Positions 1 through 9,303 of a stretch of 32,952 bases of DNA are shown here, piece after piece (within the stretch, counting starts at the first letter, position 1; each line of letters opens with the position of its first letter). The translations under genes were made by a program, and so were the position numbers. Where the stretch lies: assembly GCA_965205655.1 (NCBI GenBank), contig CBDBIJ010000016.1, forward strand, positions 1 to 32,952, written 5' to 3'. The notes beneath the pieces were generated by a model. The model did no database searches. It was not told where the DNA came from and saw only the letters and a list, made by a program, of their open reading frames with translations. Origin of the DNA: Candidatus Latescibacterota bacterium. Lineage in GTDB: Bacteria > Latescibacterota > UBA2968 > UBA8231.

Positions 1-31
1 TGTATGCAAGAAGCGGGACCCACAAGAGAAA

Positions 32-1515
32 GTGAAGGCGTTGAGTAAGTCTGAAATACCGGTTCAGCTCGGTATCGCAGTCTGTCTGCTGCTGATGGCG
101 ACCGCAACAGCGCAGGAGGCCGAACCGTTCATTGTGCCGGCCGGGGAGCGGCAACTGTTCCTGGACGATGTCCCCATCGCCGAGATGGACGGTCTGACGC
201 GCTCGATGCACCAGGCGGTCAAGAAAGGCGCGGTGATCCGGCCACAAATAGTGGAGGGGCAAAAAAGCAATTACCAGATTCGCAACGCGCCGAACTGGGA
301 CCACGAGCGGGAAGTGTTTCAGGTTTCTTCTCACCGACACCGCGGGGCCGAAGAGTATTTCGACTGTTTGGGAAAGCGTGGACGGCCTGCACTGGTCGTT
401 CGTGGGCAGGTCGACATTGGCGGCCTACACCGTCGTCTACGATCCCACCGATCCGGATCAGTCCCGCCGTTACAAGGCAATTAACCCCAAGCGATACGCC
501 GTCTCGTCGGACATGCTCAGCTGGGACGTGGTCGACAATCCGAGAATCCAATCGAGCGACGAGCACAATCTGTCCTTCGATGAGAAGTCGGGGACTTTTC
601 ATCCTCACTGCGAAAAGGGGCGGACCGTATGGCCGCTCACATGCCCTGATCACCAGCACTGACTTAGAGGTGTGGACCGATTATGGAGTGATATTTCACG
701 CCGACGAGCAGGACCAGGAACACAATCGGGAATCGGTCAAGGAACTGATGGTAGAGCTGGTTGCCGATACGAAACTCGAACAGACCGACTTCTACGTCGA
801 GGACAACTACAACGTCGACATCTACAACACGCCCGCCTTCCGCTACGAGAGCCATTACCTGGCGCTGCCAGCCATTCACCCCTCGATAACCATGGACCTG
901 GACGATCCCAGCGACAACATCGCTTTCAAGATCCCGCAGCTATGGTGGAGCCGTGACCTCCAGAATTGGACCAGACCGGAGGATCGTTCGGATTTCATCA
1001 CCCTGTCGCGTCCGGAGAGCGGCGCCTATGACCTGACCGTCGTGTTTTCACCATCGAGCCCGGTAATCCGGGATGACGAGCTGTGGTTCTACTACGGTGG
1101 GGTGACGGATATAGGCTGGCCTCCCAAGACCGGGCTTGACCTCATCGCGACGGATTGGAAATACCATCGGTGGGACAAGGGAGCGATCTGCCTAGCAGTG
1201 CTGCGCCGGGACGGCTTCATGTCGCTGGACGCCGGGGAAACGGAAGGTTCCGTGCTCACGAGGGGCCTCACCGTGTCCGGCCCCGAGCTGTTCGTCAATG
1301 TCGATGCGACAGATGGCCAGCTGGTCGTCGAAGTGTTAGACGAAGACGGAGCGGTAGTAGCACGATCTGCGCCGCTCCTGGCGGACCAGCCCAGTGCCGT
1401 GGTGGAGTGGCAGGAGGGCAACATAGCCGACCATGAAGGGAAGGCGGCGCAACTGCGTTTCGCGTTGCGCGACGCGAGTCTCTACTCGTTCTGGTTCGAG
1501 GTACCCGAGGAATGA
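32..1515 (+). CDS. Secreted beta-propeller protein (GH32/GH43-clan-like, uncharacterised family), paralog 1; two apparent +1 frameshifts (~318, ~598)
   Basis: ORFs 32..484, 378..662 and 580..1515 join into one protein colinear with the C-terminal part of 1584..3767. Signal peptide (..LLLMATATA|QE) and motifs RQLFLDD, SDEHN, DIYN, LWFYYGG, LAVLRRDGFMSLDA, LRFALRDASLYSF. Each break is an extra T in a T-run relative to the paralog or the expected frame. Confidence 0.75.
134..243 (+). repeat. 110-bp block nearly identical to 2376..2485 (start of the propeller domain in paralogs 1 and 2)
   Basis: Direct comparison shows 109/110 identity (GAG vs GAA). The 3' ends (~1465..1520 vs ~3717..3772) are also near-identical, and similarity continues a short way past the stop codons. 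Confidence 0.9.
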
Positions 1516-1583
1516 AGACAACGGAGACAGAAAGGGTGAACGGATCGATGCGCGAGGACCGGCACCGGCAAGAACGTGAGACC

Positions 1584-3767
1584 GTGAAAAAGATCATCCC
1601 ATATGCTGCGCTAGCACTGGTCGCCGCTTGGCATGCGCCGGTCTATGCACAGGAGGATCTGGTGATCCTCGGCGATGAGGTAGCCTCTGAGTGGACCACC
1701 ACAGCATCCGGGGGCATTGAACTCGTGGAGATCTCCGGAGATGGACCTGTCTTCGCAGGCGAAGCCGCTGCCGTATTGCAGGTTGAGAGGGCAGGTTGGC
1801 ACTTACAGTTCCGGTCGTTGGATAGCCCAGAGTCTCTGGGGTTTACGACCCTGCGTTTCGCGTTCCATCCGGGAGATCTCGTCACTCCCCGCGGACCTCG
1901 CCTAGAGGTCGCGATCAAACCGGGAAGAAGCATTGACCTTCTCGAGAAGGAGCTGATCGACGTGAACGTGAGGGAGTGGCAGGTGGTTGAGATTGATCTC
2001 TCCGATCTCCTTCTAAGCACTACAATCAATGAGATTGATTTTCTTGGCAATTTTTACCGGGGCACGTTCTACCTGGACGATCTGCGCCTGGTCCACGCAT
2101 CGGATGACGTTCCTATCGTGACCTCGATTAGCCCCCAACGTGGTGTCGAATTGGGTGCCACACCCGTCCAAATACGCGGAAGCAATTTCTATAGGGGTGC
2201 CACGGTTGTGTTCGGCGATCGAGAAGCTACCAATGTGCGTTACGTATCTCCCTTTATTATCACCGCTGTGACGTCCGAATCCGTGCCTGGCGTAGTGGAT
2301 GTGAGGGTCATCAATCCGGGCGAGGTGAGTGGTGCACTCGCCGATGGATTCACCTTCTTCTCTGGCCTTTTCACCGTGCCGGCCGGGGAACGGCAACTGT
2401 TCCTGGACGATGTCCCCATCGCCGAGATGGACGGTCTGACGCGCTCGATGCACCAGGCGGTCAAGAAAGGCGCGGTGATCCGGCCCGACTACTTGGGGCA
2501 AGAACGCCATTTCACAGTTCGCAACGTACCGAACTGGGACCGCGAGCGCGAGGTGTTCAGATTTCTCGTGACTGAGGCCGCGGGGCCGAATATTTCGACT
2601 GTTTGGGAAAGCGACGACGGCCTGCACTGGGTGCGCGTGGGCACGTCGGACATGGTGACGTACACCGTCGTCTACGATCCCACCGATCCGGATCCGTCTC
2701 GCCGGTACAAGTCGATGAATCGCACGCGAATCGCCGTCTCGCCCGACATGCTCACCTGGGAGGTGGTCGGCAATCCGAGAATCCCCGGCAGCGACGAGCA
2801 CAATCTGTCCTTCGATGAGAAATCCCGCGTCTTCTTTTTTTCGGTCAAGAGAGGCGGGCCGTATGGCCGCTATGGCCGCTCTCACGCTCTGTACACCAGC
2901 GAGGATCTGGCGCGGTGGACCAAGGTGGGGATTTCGGGAGAAGACTCGCTCTTTCACGCCGACGACGAGGACCAGGAACACAACCGGGAAGCTATCACGG
3001 CACTGATGGAAGAGCTGGTTGCGGATCCGAGACTCGCGGAGACCGACTTCTACGCAGAGGGCAACTACAACGTCGACATCTACAACACGCCGGTCTTCCG
3101 CTACGAGAGCCATTACCTGGCGTTGCCAGCCATTCACCCCTCCATAACCATGGACCTGTTCGATCCCAGTGACAATATCGCCTTAAAGATCCCTCAGCTG
3201 TGGTGGAGCCGCGACCAAGAGAACTGGAGCAGGCCGGAGAATCGCGAGGAGTTCATCACCCTGTCCCGTCCGGAGAGCGGCGCCTATGACCTGGCCGTCG
3301 CGTTTCCACCATCGAGCCCGGTCATCCGGGGAGACGAGCTGTGGTTCTACTACGGAGGGGGGGGAGGGTTAGGCTGGCCTCCCAAGACCGGTCTTGACCT
3401 CAGGAGGACGGATTGGAAGTATTATCGGCCGGTCACGAATGCGATCTGCCTGGCAGTGCTGCGCCGGGACGGATTCATGTCACTGGACGCCGGGGCGGGA
3501 GGGTCGGTGCTCACGAGGGAATTCACCGTGCCCGGCCCCGAGCTGTTCGTCAACGTCGATGCAACGGATGGCCAGCTGGTCGTCGAAGTGATAGACGAGA
3601 GTGCAGTAGTGGCACGATCTGCGCCATTCCTGGGGGACCAGCCCAACGCCGCGGTAGCGTGGCAGGATGGGAACATAGCCGACCATGAAGGGACGGCGGT
3701 GCAACTGCGTTTTGCATTGCGCGACGCGAGTCTCTACTCGTTCTGGTTCGAGGTACCGGAGGAATGA
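1584..3767 (+). CDS. Secreted modular protein: CBM-like beta-sandwich + IPT/TIG domain + beta-propeller glycosidase-like domain, paralog 2
   Basis: GTG at 1584 gives signal peptide MKKIIPYAALALVAAWHAPVYA|Q (ORF is open from 1512). 'WQVVEIDL...GTFYLDDLRLV' is CBM-like; 'PIVTSISPQRG..GATPVQIRGSNF..GATVVFG...VDVRVINPG' is IPT/TIG; the remainder is the same propeller as paralog 1. Confidence 0.8.
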   Translation: MKKIIPYAALALVAAWHAPVYAQEDLVILGDEVASEWTTTASGGIELVEISGDGPVFAGEAAAVLQVERAGWHLQFRSLDSPESLGFTTLRFAFHPGDLVTPRGPRLEVAIKPGRSIDLLEKELIDVNVREWQVVEIDLSDLLLSTTINEIDFLGNFYRGTFYLDDLRLVHASDDVPIVTSISPQRGVELGATPVQIRGSNFYRGATVVFGDREATNVRYVSPFIITAVTSESVPGVVDVRVINPGEVSGALADGFTFFSGLFTVPAGERQLFLDDVPIAEMDGLTRSMHQAVKKGAVIRPDYLGQERHFTVRNVPNWDREREVFRFLVTEAAGPNISTVWESDDGLHWVRVGTSDMVTYTVVYDPTDPDPSRRYKSMNRTRIAVSPDMLTWEVVGNPRIPGSDEHNLSFDEKSRVFFFSVKRGGPYGRYGRSHALYTSEDLARWTKVGISGEDSLFHADDEDQEHNREAITALMEELVADPRLAETDFYAEGNYNVDIYNTPVFRYESHYLALPAIHPSITMDLFDPSDNIALKIPQLWWSRDQENWSRPENREEFITLSRPESGAYDLAVAFPPSSPVIRGDELWFYYGGGGGLGWPPKTGLDLRRTDWKYYRPVTNAICLAVLRRDGFMSLDAGAGGSVLTREFTVPGPELFVNVDATDGQLVVEVIDESAVVARSAPFLGDQPNAAVAWQDGNIADHEGTAVQLRFALRDASLYSFWFEVPEE

Positions 3768-3774
3768 GGACATC

Positions 3775-5967
3775 ATGACAGAAAGAGCGCACGGATCGAT
3801 GCGGAGAGTCTGTCTGGCGCAAGCTGCTCTGCCGTTTGTGTCAGTGGGGCTGGTATTCGGATTGGAAGTGACTGGCCTGGTGCAGTCGGGACAGGGCGGA
3901 GTTCACGGGGCGGCGGTCACTTTCGTCAACGAGGGGGATCCCAATGAGGTTTACACCGATACGACCGACAGGGATGGTCGATATCGGCTCGAAATCGACG
4001 TGCCGGATGTCGCAACTGCTGTCGAAAAAGAGGACAGCGCCAGGCCCGCCAGGTTTCAACTGAACCAGAACTACCCGAACCCGTTCAATCCCGGCACGGT
4101 CATCTCTTACGAGCTGCCCATCGACGTGCCGGTGCAGGTGGATGTCTACAACAGCCTGGGCCAGCATGTGCGCAGTCTCGTGAACGGCTCCTGGCAGCAG
4201 GCGGGTGTTCACAGCGAGGTCTGGGACGGGCGCGACGATGATGGGTTGGCCATGGGGTCGGGTGTCTACCTCTATCGGATCACGGCAGGGGAATTCAAAG
4301 CGGCCAGGAGGATGGTCCTGATCGACGGCCCGAATTCGCAAATGCCGATCTCACGCTTGCCGGAGAGCGACAATGCGGCCGGCAGCCTCTCGACGACGGG
4401 ATCTGCGCAACCCGCCCGCCGGGATGAGGTCCTCGAGGGCGTGCCGTCGTCCGCTCTGATCGCAGCGAAAATCGCCCAGGGCAGCGTGACCTTTCGGGTG
4501 TTGATCGACGCCTACAAGCGGGTGCCGTTCGAACAAAGTGGAATCATCCTCCAGAAAGGCATCGACATCAACTTTGTCGTCGAAGAAGACACTCGCGAGG
4601 GAGTCGTGTTCTTGAAGGAAGGACAGAGGCAGCTTTTCCTCGACGACTTCGTCATAGAGGAGATGTCCAACCTGACGCTCACCATGCACCAGCCGGAGAA
4701 GAAGGGCGCAGTCATTCGCCCCAATTGGCGGGAGGGCGAGCCAAGCATACAGACGCGAAGCGCCCCGTTCTGGGACCCGGTGGAGGGAGTGTTCAAGCTC
4801 TGGCTTATCGACGGAAGCTATCGGATCAGTCCGGATGGCCTGCACTGGGTGACCGCTCCTGCGGGCGACACCGGGGCCAGAAGAGTATTCTTCGATCCCC
4901 TGGATCCCGATCCGGAGCGGCGCTACAAATCGTTTCACCCGGACCGGCTGGCGGTATCGCCGGACGGTATCAACTGGACTGTGCTCAGCGTTACCATTCC
5001 AGACGCCTCCGACGAATCGAATTTCTCTCTCGATCTCGAGAACCGGCTCTACGTTGCCACAATCAAGCGGAGCGGCCCCTACGGACGCTCGGTCTATCTG
5101 ACCACCAGCGAGGACTTTGAAAACTGGAGCACGCCGGAGTTGATGTTCCACGCCGACGAAGAGGACCAGGAGCTGGGGCACGAGAGGATCACGTCACGCC
5201 TGGCCGATCCCACGCGTCTGACGCCCATTCCGGACCATCCGCCCGACTACACCGTGGACGTGTACAACATGGGGACCTTCCGCTACGAAGGGCTGTACAT
5301 CGGGATACCGGCCATGCACCACCGCCATACCGTACGCCCTGAAGAGGGAGACGACACATTTTTCCATGTGCTGCAGCTCACCAGCACCCGTGACTTGAGC
5401 GGAGGCACCTACGGCACCGGCGATTGGAAACGCCTGGGAGATGGTCAGCCATGGTTGGACATTTCGCCTCTGGATTCTGGGGCGTATGACACCAAATGTA
5501 TTTTACCGCCTTCTGCTCCGTTATTGCGGGGGCCGGGTTTTCCGGGCACAGTCGACGATGCGTCAAAGGATCAGTTGTGGTTCTACTACACGGGCTGCAA
5601 GGCGGAGCCGGCTCCCGACAGATTTGCCATCAATCTGGCGGTGCTGCGCCGGGATGGGTTCTTTTCGCTGGACGCGGAGGAGGAGGAAGGCGTGCTGCTC
5701 ACGAAACCCCTGGTGTGGCGTGGCTCGACCCTGTGGGTCAACGTGAGCACGGAGGAAGGGGAGGTGAGGGCGGAGGTGCTGGACGAAGCGGGAAATCTGC
5801 TGCGCCAGGGCTGGTCGGAGGAGCAGTCGGTGCCGGTGGCGGAGGACGGCGTGCGCCTGCCTGTGCGCTGGCAAAGCGAGGAGGATCTGGCGGAGTTGAA
5901 GCTCCAGACCGTGCGACTACGTTTTTACTTGCGCGACGTGGAGCTCTATGCCTTCTGGAGCGAATAG
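3775..5967 (+). CDS. Secreted modular protein: carboxypeptidase-regulatory-like domain with inserted FlgD-Ig ('T9SS CTD-like') domain + beta-propeller domain, paralog 3
   Basis: GAGGA RBS before ATG 3775 and hydrophobic N-terminus. 'FQLNQNYPNPFNPGTVISYELP...VWDGRDDDG..MGSGVYLYRITAG' is FlgD-Ig. Propeller motifs RQLFLDD, SDESN, DVYNM, LWFYYTG, LAVLRRDGFFSLDA. Confidence 0.8.
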   Translation: MTERAHGSMRRVCLAQAALPFVSVGLVFGLEVTGLVQSGQGGVHGAAVTFVNEGDPNEVYTDTTDRDGRYRLEIDVPDVATAVEKEDSARPARFQLNQNYPNPFNPGTVISYELPIDVPVQVDVYNSLGQHVRSLVNGSWQQAGVHSEVWDGRDDDGLAMGSGVYLYRITAGEFKAARRMVLIDGPNSQMPISRLPESDNAAGSLSTTGSAQPARRDEVLEGVPSSALIAAKIAQGSVTFRVLIDAYKRVPFEQSGIILQKGIDINFVVEEDTREGVVFLKEGQRQLFLDDFVIEEMSNLTLTMHQPEKKGAVIRPNWREGEPSIQTRSAPFWDPVEGVFKLWLIDGSYRISPDGLHWVTAPAGDTGARRVFFDPLDPDPERRYKSFHPDRLAVSPDGINWTVLSVTIPDASDESNFSLDLENRLYVATIKRSGPYGRSVYLTTSEDFENWSTPELMFHADEEDQELGHERITSRLADPTRLTPIPDHPPDYTVDVYNMGTFRYEGLYIGIPAMHHRHTVRPEEGDDTFFHVLQLTSTRDLSGGTYGTGDWKRLGDGQPWLDISPLDSGAYDTKCILPPSAPLLRGPGFPGTVDDASKDQLWFYYTGCKAEPAPDRFAINLAVLRRDGFFSLDAEEEEGVLLTKPLVWRGSTLWVNVSTEEGEVRAEVLDEAGNLLRQGWSEEQSVPVAEDGVRLPVRWQSEEDLAELKLQTVRLRFYLRDVELYAFWSE

Positions 5968-6157
5968 CGGTCGTTCACTTCAGCCGGCGCTCTCAGCTTC
6001 TCTCAACGTGCGCCGGTGACTCTGCACGTCCAGGTCGAAGGCGTGGCAGTAGTATTTGAGAGGAACTCCGTGCACTCCACGTAGGGAGTGATCGTCTTCA
6101 TCGGCTGCGTGGTCTGGACCTGTGGCAGAATATAGCAAGTAACGGGGAGCCACTCAC

Positions 6158-7239
6158 TTGGCTATTGGCGCGAACTGGAGACGGCCTCACACTGTTGCGT
6201 CTGATCCTGGCACCGAGTGCGTCAAGAATGCCGAAATAGCGATCAACGCACCGCCGGATGCCGAGATCGATCCCGCGCCCGAGGCACGGTGGCCGTCCGA
6301 CGCCGCGCGGAGCGGCGTGTACGGCGCGGTTACACCCACCGTCGTTGAGCTGCCCGACGGCGGCTACCGCATGTACTACACGCAGATCCTTCCAAGACCT
6401 GGTTTTCCCCAAGGTGCCAACGACTACGACAATGCCACCACACGAATCCTGAGCGCCATCTCCGAAGACGGTTTGGGCCTGGACGCCGGAAGCGGGCGTA
6501 CGACTCTCCGCCCGCCAGGGGGGGGCCGGTGAGTTCCGCGTTGTCGCCCCCGAAATCGTGCCGCTGCAGGACGGCAGCGGTCGGTGGCGGATGTACTTCG
6601 AATGCTGTCCCGGGTCGCAACCGGTGGCGAGCGGCATCCGCAGCGCCATCTCGGAAGACGGCCTGGCGTGGACGCCGGAGGCCAGGCGACCGGCTCAGCG
6701 GCAACGGGGGCAGTTACAACGCGCCACGGGTGCTCTTTCTGGACGAGGGCCCTTGCCGCCTCTACTGCAGCGATAGAGCGGAGGGAATCGTCAGCGCTGT
6801 TTCCGATGATGGCGACTTCACTTTTCGGCTCGAGTCGGGGCGGCGGATCGTGAGGGAACTGAGCTACGAGGCGCAGTCGGCTTTCGCGCCCGAGGTTCTG
6901 CTCATCGACGGCGGCGGCTTCCGGATGTATTACGCCGGCTACAGCAAGTCGACAAGAGCCTACATCCTCACGGCCGTCTCCGATGACGGCCTGAGGTGGC
7001 ACAAGGAGCCCGAGCCCGTCATTGCGCCAGGGGGTCGTTACGATAGAGCCAAGTGTTCGGAGCTGGGCGTTATGCGACTGCCCGAGGTTCCAGGAAAGGC
7101 GCCGGGCTATTGCATCTTCTACGAGGCCTGCGACGGAACGGCCGCGGATGAGCGCGGTGTTTGGCGCATCCTCAGTGCTACGTCAGCAGTCAGTGTGGGG
7201 CCAGGTACAACTGAAGGAAGGCGAAATTTGAGCCGATGA
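6158..7239 (+). CDS. Repeat beta-propeller protein (GH43/GH130-like fold), two apparent +1 frameshifts (~6477, ~6681)
   Basis: ORFs 6158..6532, 6558..6776 and 6529..7239 join into repeated blades 'P.V...DGG(Y/W/F)RMY(Y/F)...I.SA.S.DGL.W..E'. GGAG RBS before TTG. Confidence 0.7.
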
Positions 7240-7411
7240 CGATGCCGCTCAAGGCGATCATTGCTGTGAGAAGCAACGCAAAGCGCGAGTCGAGGCGTGT
7301 ATGAAGAGCACGGATCTCCTGGCGCAGATCCTGCAGTTCTTCGCGAAGGTACGAGATACCCCAGTGCATGTCGTCGGGCAGCGGTTTTGAGGATGTCGGT
7401 GCGTCAGCCAT
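7190..7411 (-). CDS. Small (73 aa) coiled-coil protein with C-terminal transmembrane segment (DUF1640/CCDC90-like architecture)
   Basis: Heptads LREELQDLRQEIRALHTRLDSRF followed by hydrophobic ALLLTAMIALSGIVIG; a good promoter lies directly upstream. Confidence 0.65.
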   Translation of the reverse strand: MADAPTSSKPLPDDMHWGISYLREELQDLRQEIRALHTRLDSRFALLLTAMIALSGIVIGSNFAFLQLYLAPH

Positions 7412-7426
7412 TGTTGAGACTGCCTG

Positions 7427-7455
7427 AGTATAGGTTGGGTTTCGCTGCCTGTAAA
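7427..7455 (-). promoter_or_regulatory. Sigma70-like promoter for the small coiled-coil gene, bracketed by a 9-bp inverted repeat
   Basis: Minus strand TTTACA-N17-TATACT; TGCCTGAGT (7421-7429) and ACTCAGGCA (7465-7473) flank it. Confidence 0.6.
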
Positions 7456-7659
7456 CCAAATATGACTCAGGCAAGAAACGTGCCCGTTACATGCTCAGGA
7501 AGAGCACGGATTACTTTGCGCGATACTGTCACCGATCAGCCACACGAGTGTAGAGCAACAGGGCATCGATCTGTCGAGCCAGGCTGCTGAGCAGCCAGAG
7601 GTGTGCCAGAGAGTCCCGTAACACCTCCCTGGGCTCAGCGTGCTGAGGCGGGCTTGCCT

Positions 7660-9123
7660 TTACAGCTGTGGCAATGGAACGGCGTCTCCCGTCCGCTCCT
7701 GCCAGGCCCGAATGCGCGCCGCCATATCGCGGACGCGGTGATGCTGCTGTGGATGGTCGAAAAGATTCTCGAGCTCGTGCGGATCGGCATTTAGATCGTA
7801 GAGTTCGCACTGGTCGACCGGGCTCAGGTTCAGTTTCCATCCATCGCCAGCAACCAGTGTCCGCCAGGACATTCCTTTCACCCTGTTGATCTCTTCCGCC
7901 GGCAGGTTGATGGCATAGTGGCTGTAGTCGATGCCCGGGGCTTCGTTCCACTCGATGATCACGTCGTTTCCCTCCAGGGTGGATTCTCCCCGCAGAGCTG
8001 GCACGCGGCTTTCTCCCTCCAGATGGCTAGCCAGGGGCTCTCCCATCAGATCCAGGAGCGTTGGAACAAGATCGATATGGCCAAAGGCGCCCGGCACTCT
8101 CCGGCCCTCTCTCCCCATCCACGGTACGCGCACGAGTAGCGGCACTCTGGTAGACTCCTCGTACATCACCACCTTGCCACGCATGCCGTGGTCTCCCGCC
8201 ATCTCGCCGTGGTCGCTGGTAAAGACCACGATGGTATTGTCGGCCTGGCCGCTTTCCTCCAAAGCATCGAGAATGACCCCTACCGACCGATCCACGAGTG
8301 TGACATTGCCCCAGTAGCGGGCTCGCAGCTCGCGCCAAGCGGCCTCGTGTGTGAAATCCAGCCCACCGAAATTCATGCCGCCGCTCAGGTAGTAATCGGC
8401 CGTGGCGCGATTCTTCAGAGCCGCATTGTCCGGTGGCATCCGAAAGAACTGCGGCCCGGTGGCCAGGTTATCCCGGGGATACAGGCCGTTGAGCGGTCCG
8501 TCGTAGGGCTGGTGAGGCTCCAGATAGCCAACGTAGAGCATGAAGGGGTGATCTCCCTGCTCCTTGATGAAGCGCGCTGCCTCCCTGCCCTGGAACATGG
8601 CCTTGGTGTACTGCTCCGGCAGCAACGCCACCGTGCCACGGTCGAAGACCATGCTCCCTTCACGTTCGATGCCCGGTTCAAAGCCGTTCTCCACCAGGAA
8701 GTGGTGGTAGCTGCTCAGCTGCTCGAGGTATTCCTCCCTGCTGTACAGACCGCGATACAGATCCTCGGTGCTGACCCACTCCTCAAAGCCGTGTTGCGGT
8801 ATGACTTCGTCGCCCAGATCCCACTTGCCGTTGTAGCCGCAGCAATACTCTTCGGACACCATCTCGGCAACGGTCCGAGCCGCGGGAGGCAGCTGTGCCT
8901 TCACATCTCCCATACCGAGGGTGTGAGGGTAGAGACCGGTCATGATCGTGGTGCGGGCGGCAACGCAGACCGGCTGGCTCACATAGGCGCTTTCGAATAC
9001 AAAGCTCTCCTGCGCCAGGGCATCGAGATGCGGCGTCTGGATGATCTCGTTGCCGTAGCACGCCATCGTGTCGAACCGCTGCTGGTCCGAGAAGATGAAC
9101 AGGAGATTGGGTTTACTTCTCAC
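7660..9123 (-). CDS. Sulfatase (formylglycine-dependent S1 family)
   Basis: PNLLFIFSDQQR, CVAAR (CxAxR variant of CxPxR), GKWDLG, EPHQPY, FTSDHGEM, ELYDLNADPHE; AGGAG RBS before GTG 9123. Confidence 0.92.
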   Translation of the reverse strand: MRSKPNLLFIFSDQQRFDTMACYGNEIIQTPHLDALAQESFVFESAYVSQPVCVAARTTIMTGLYPHTLGMGDVKAQLPPAARTVAEMVSEEYCCGYNGKWDLGDEVIPQHGFEEWVSTEDLYRGLYSREEYLEQLSSYHHFLVENGFEPGIEREGSMVFDRGTVALLPEQYTKAMFQGREAARFIKEQGDHPFMLYVGYLEPHQPYDGPLNGLYPRDNLATGPQFFRMPPDNAALKNRATADYYLSGGMNFGGLDFTHEAAWRELRARYWGNVTLVDRSVGVILDALEESGQADNTIVVFTSDHGEMAGDHGMRGKVVMYEESTRVPLLVRVPWMGREGRRVPGAFGHIDLVPTLLDLMGEPLASHLEGESRVPALRGESTLEGNDVIIEWNEAPGIDYSHYAINLPAEEINRVKGMSWRTLVAGDGWKLNLSPVDQCELYDLNADPHELENLFDHPQQHHRVRDMAARIRAWQERTGDAVPLPQL

Positions 9124-9210
9124 TGACGCACTCCTGTCAGCGGTGTAGTGTCTGAGTGCAAATCGTAGAGGTGATTGGTGTCGGTACGTCGGCAATCGTC
9201 GAGCCTTCCC

Positions 9211-9239
9211 ATATTATAGAGTTTGGTGAACGCAGGCAA
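9211..9239 (-). promoter_or_regulatory. Putative sigma70 promoter for sulfatase 7660..9123
   Basis: Minus strand TTGCCT followed by TATAAT (15 bp spacer) or overlapping TAATAT (17 bp spacer). Confidence 0.4.
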
Positions 9240-9303
9240 TTCACGTGCCCGCGACACCCTTTGGTTGCATTCACGACCCGGCAGCCCGATTCTCCATGGA
9301 CCC

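Noticed and set aside
32..3767. Diversity-generating retroelement (TR/VR pair) between paralogs 1 and 2
   Set aside because: Differences are not adenine-specific, both copies are coding, and there is no reverse transcriptase in the window.
7303..7511. 13-bp direct repeat GAAGAGCACGGAT
   Set aside because: One copy lies inside the small ORF, and the pair does not bracket a coherent unit; plausibly chance.
9124..9303. ModE box or Moco riboswitch upstream of modABC
   Set aside because: No recognisable ModE consensus or convincing riboswitch structure by eye, and no modE in the window. An Rfam scan would settle it.
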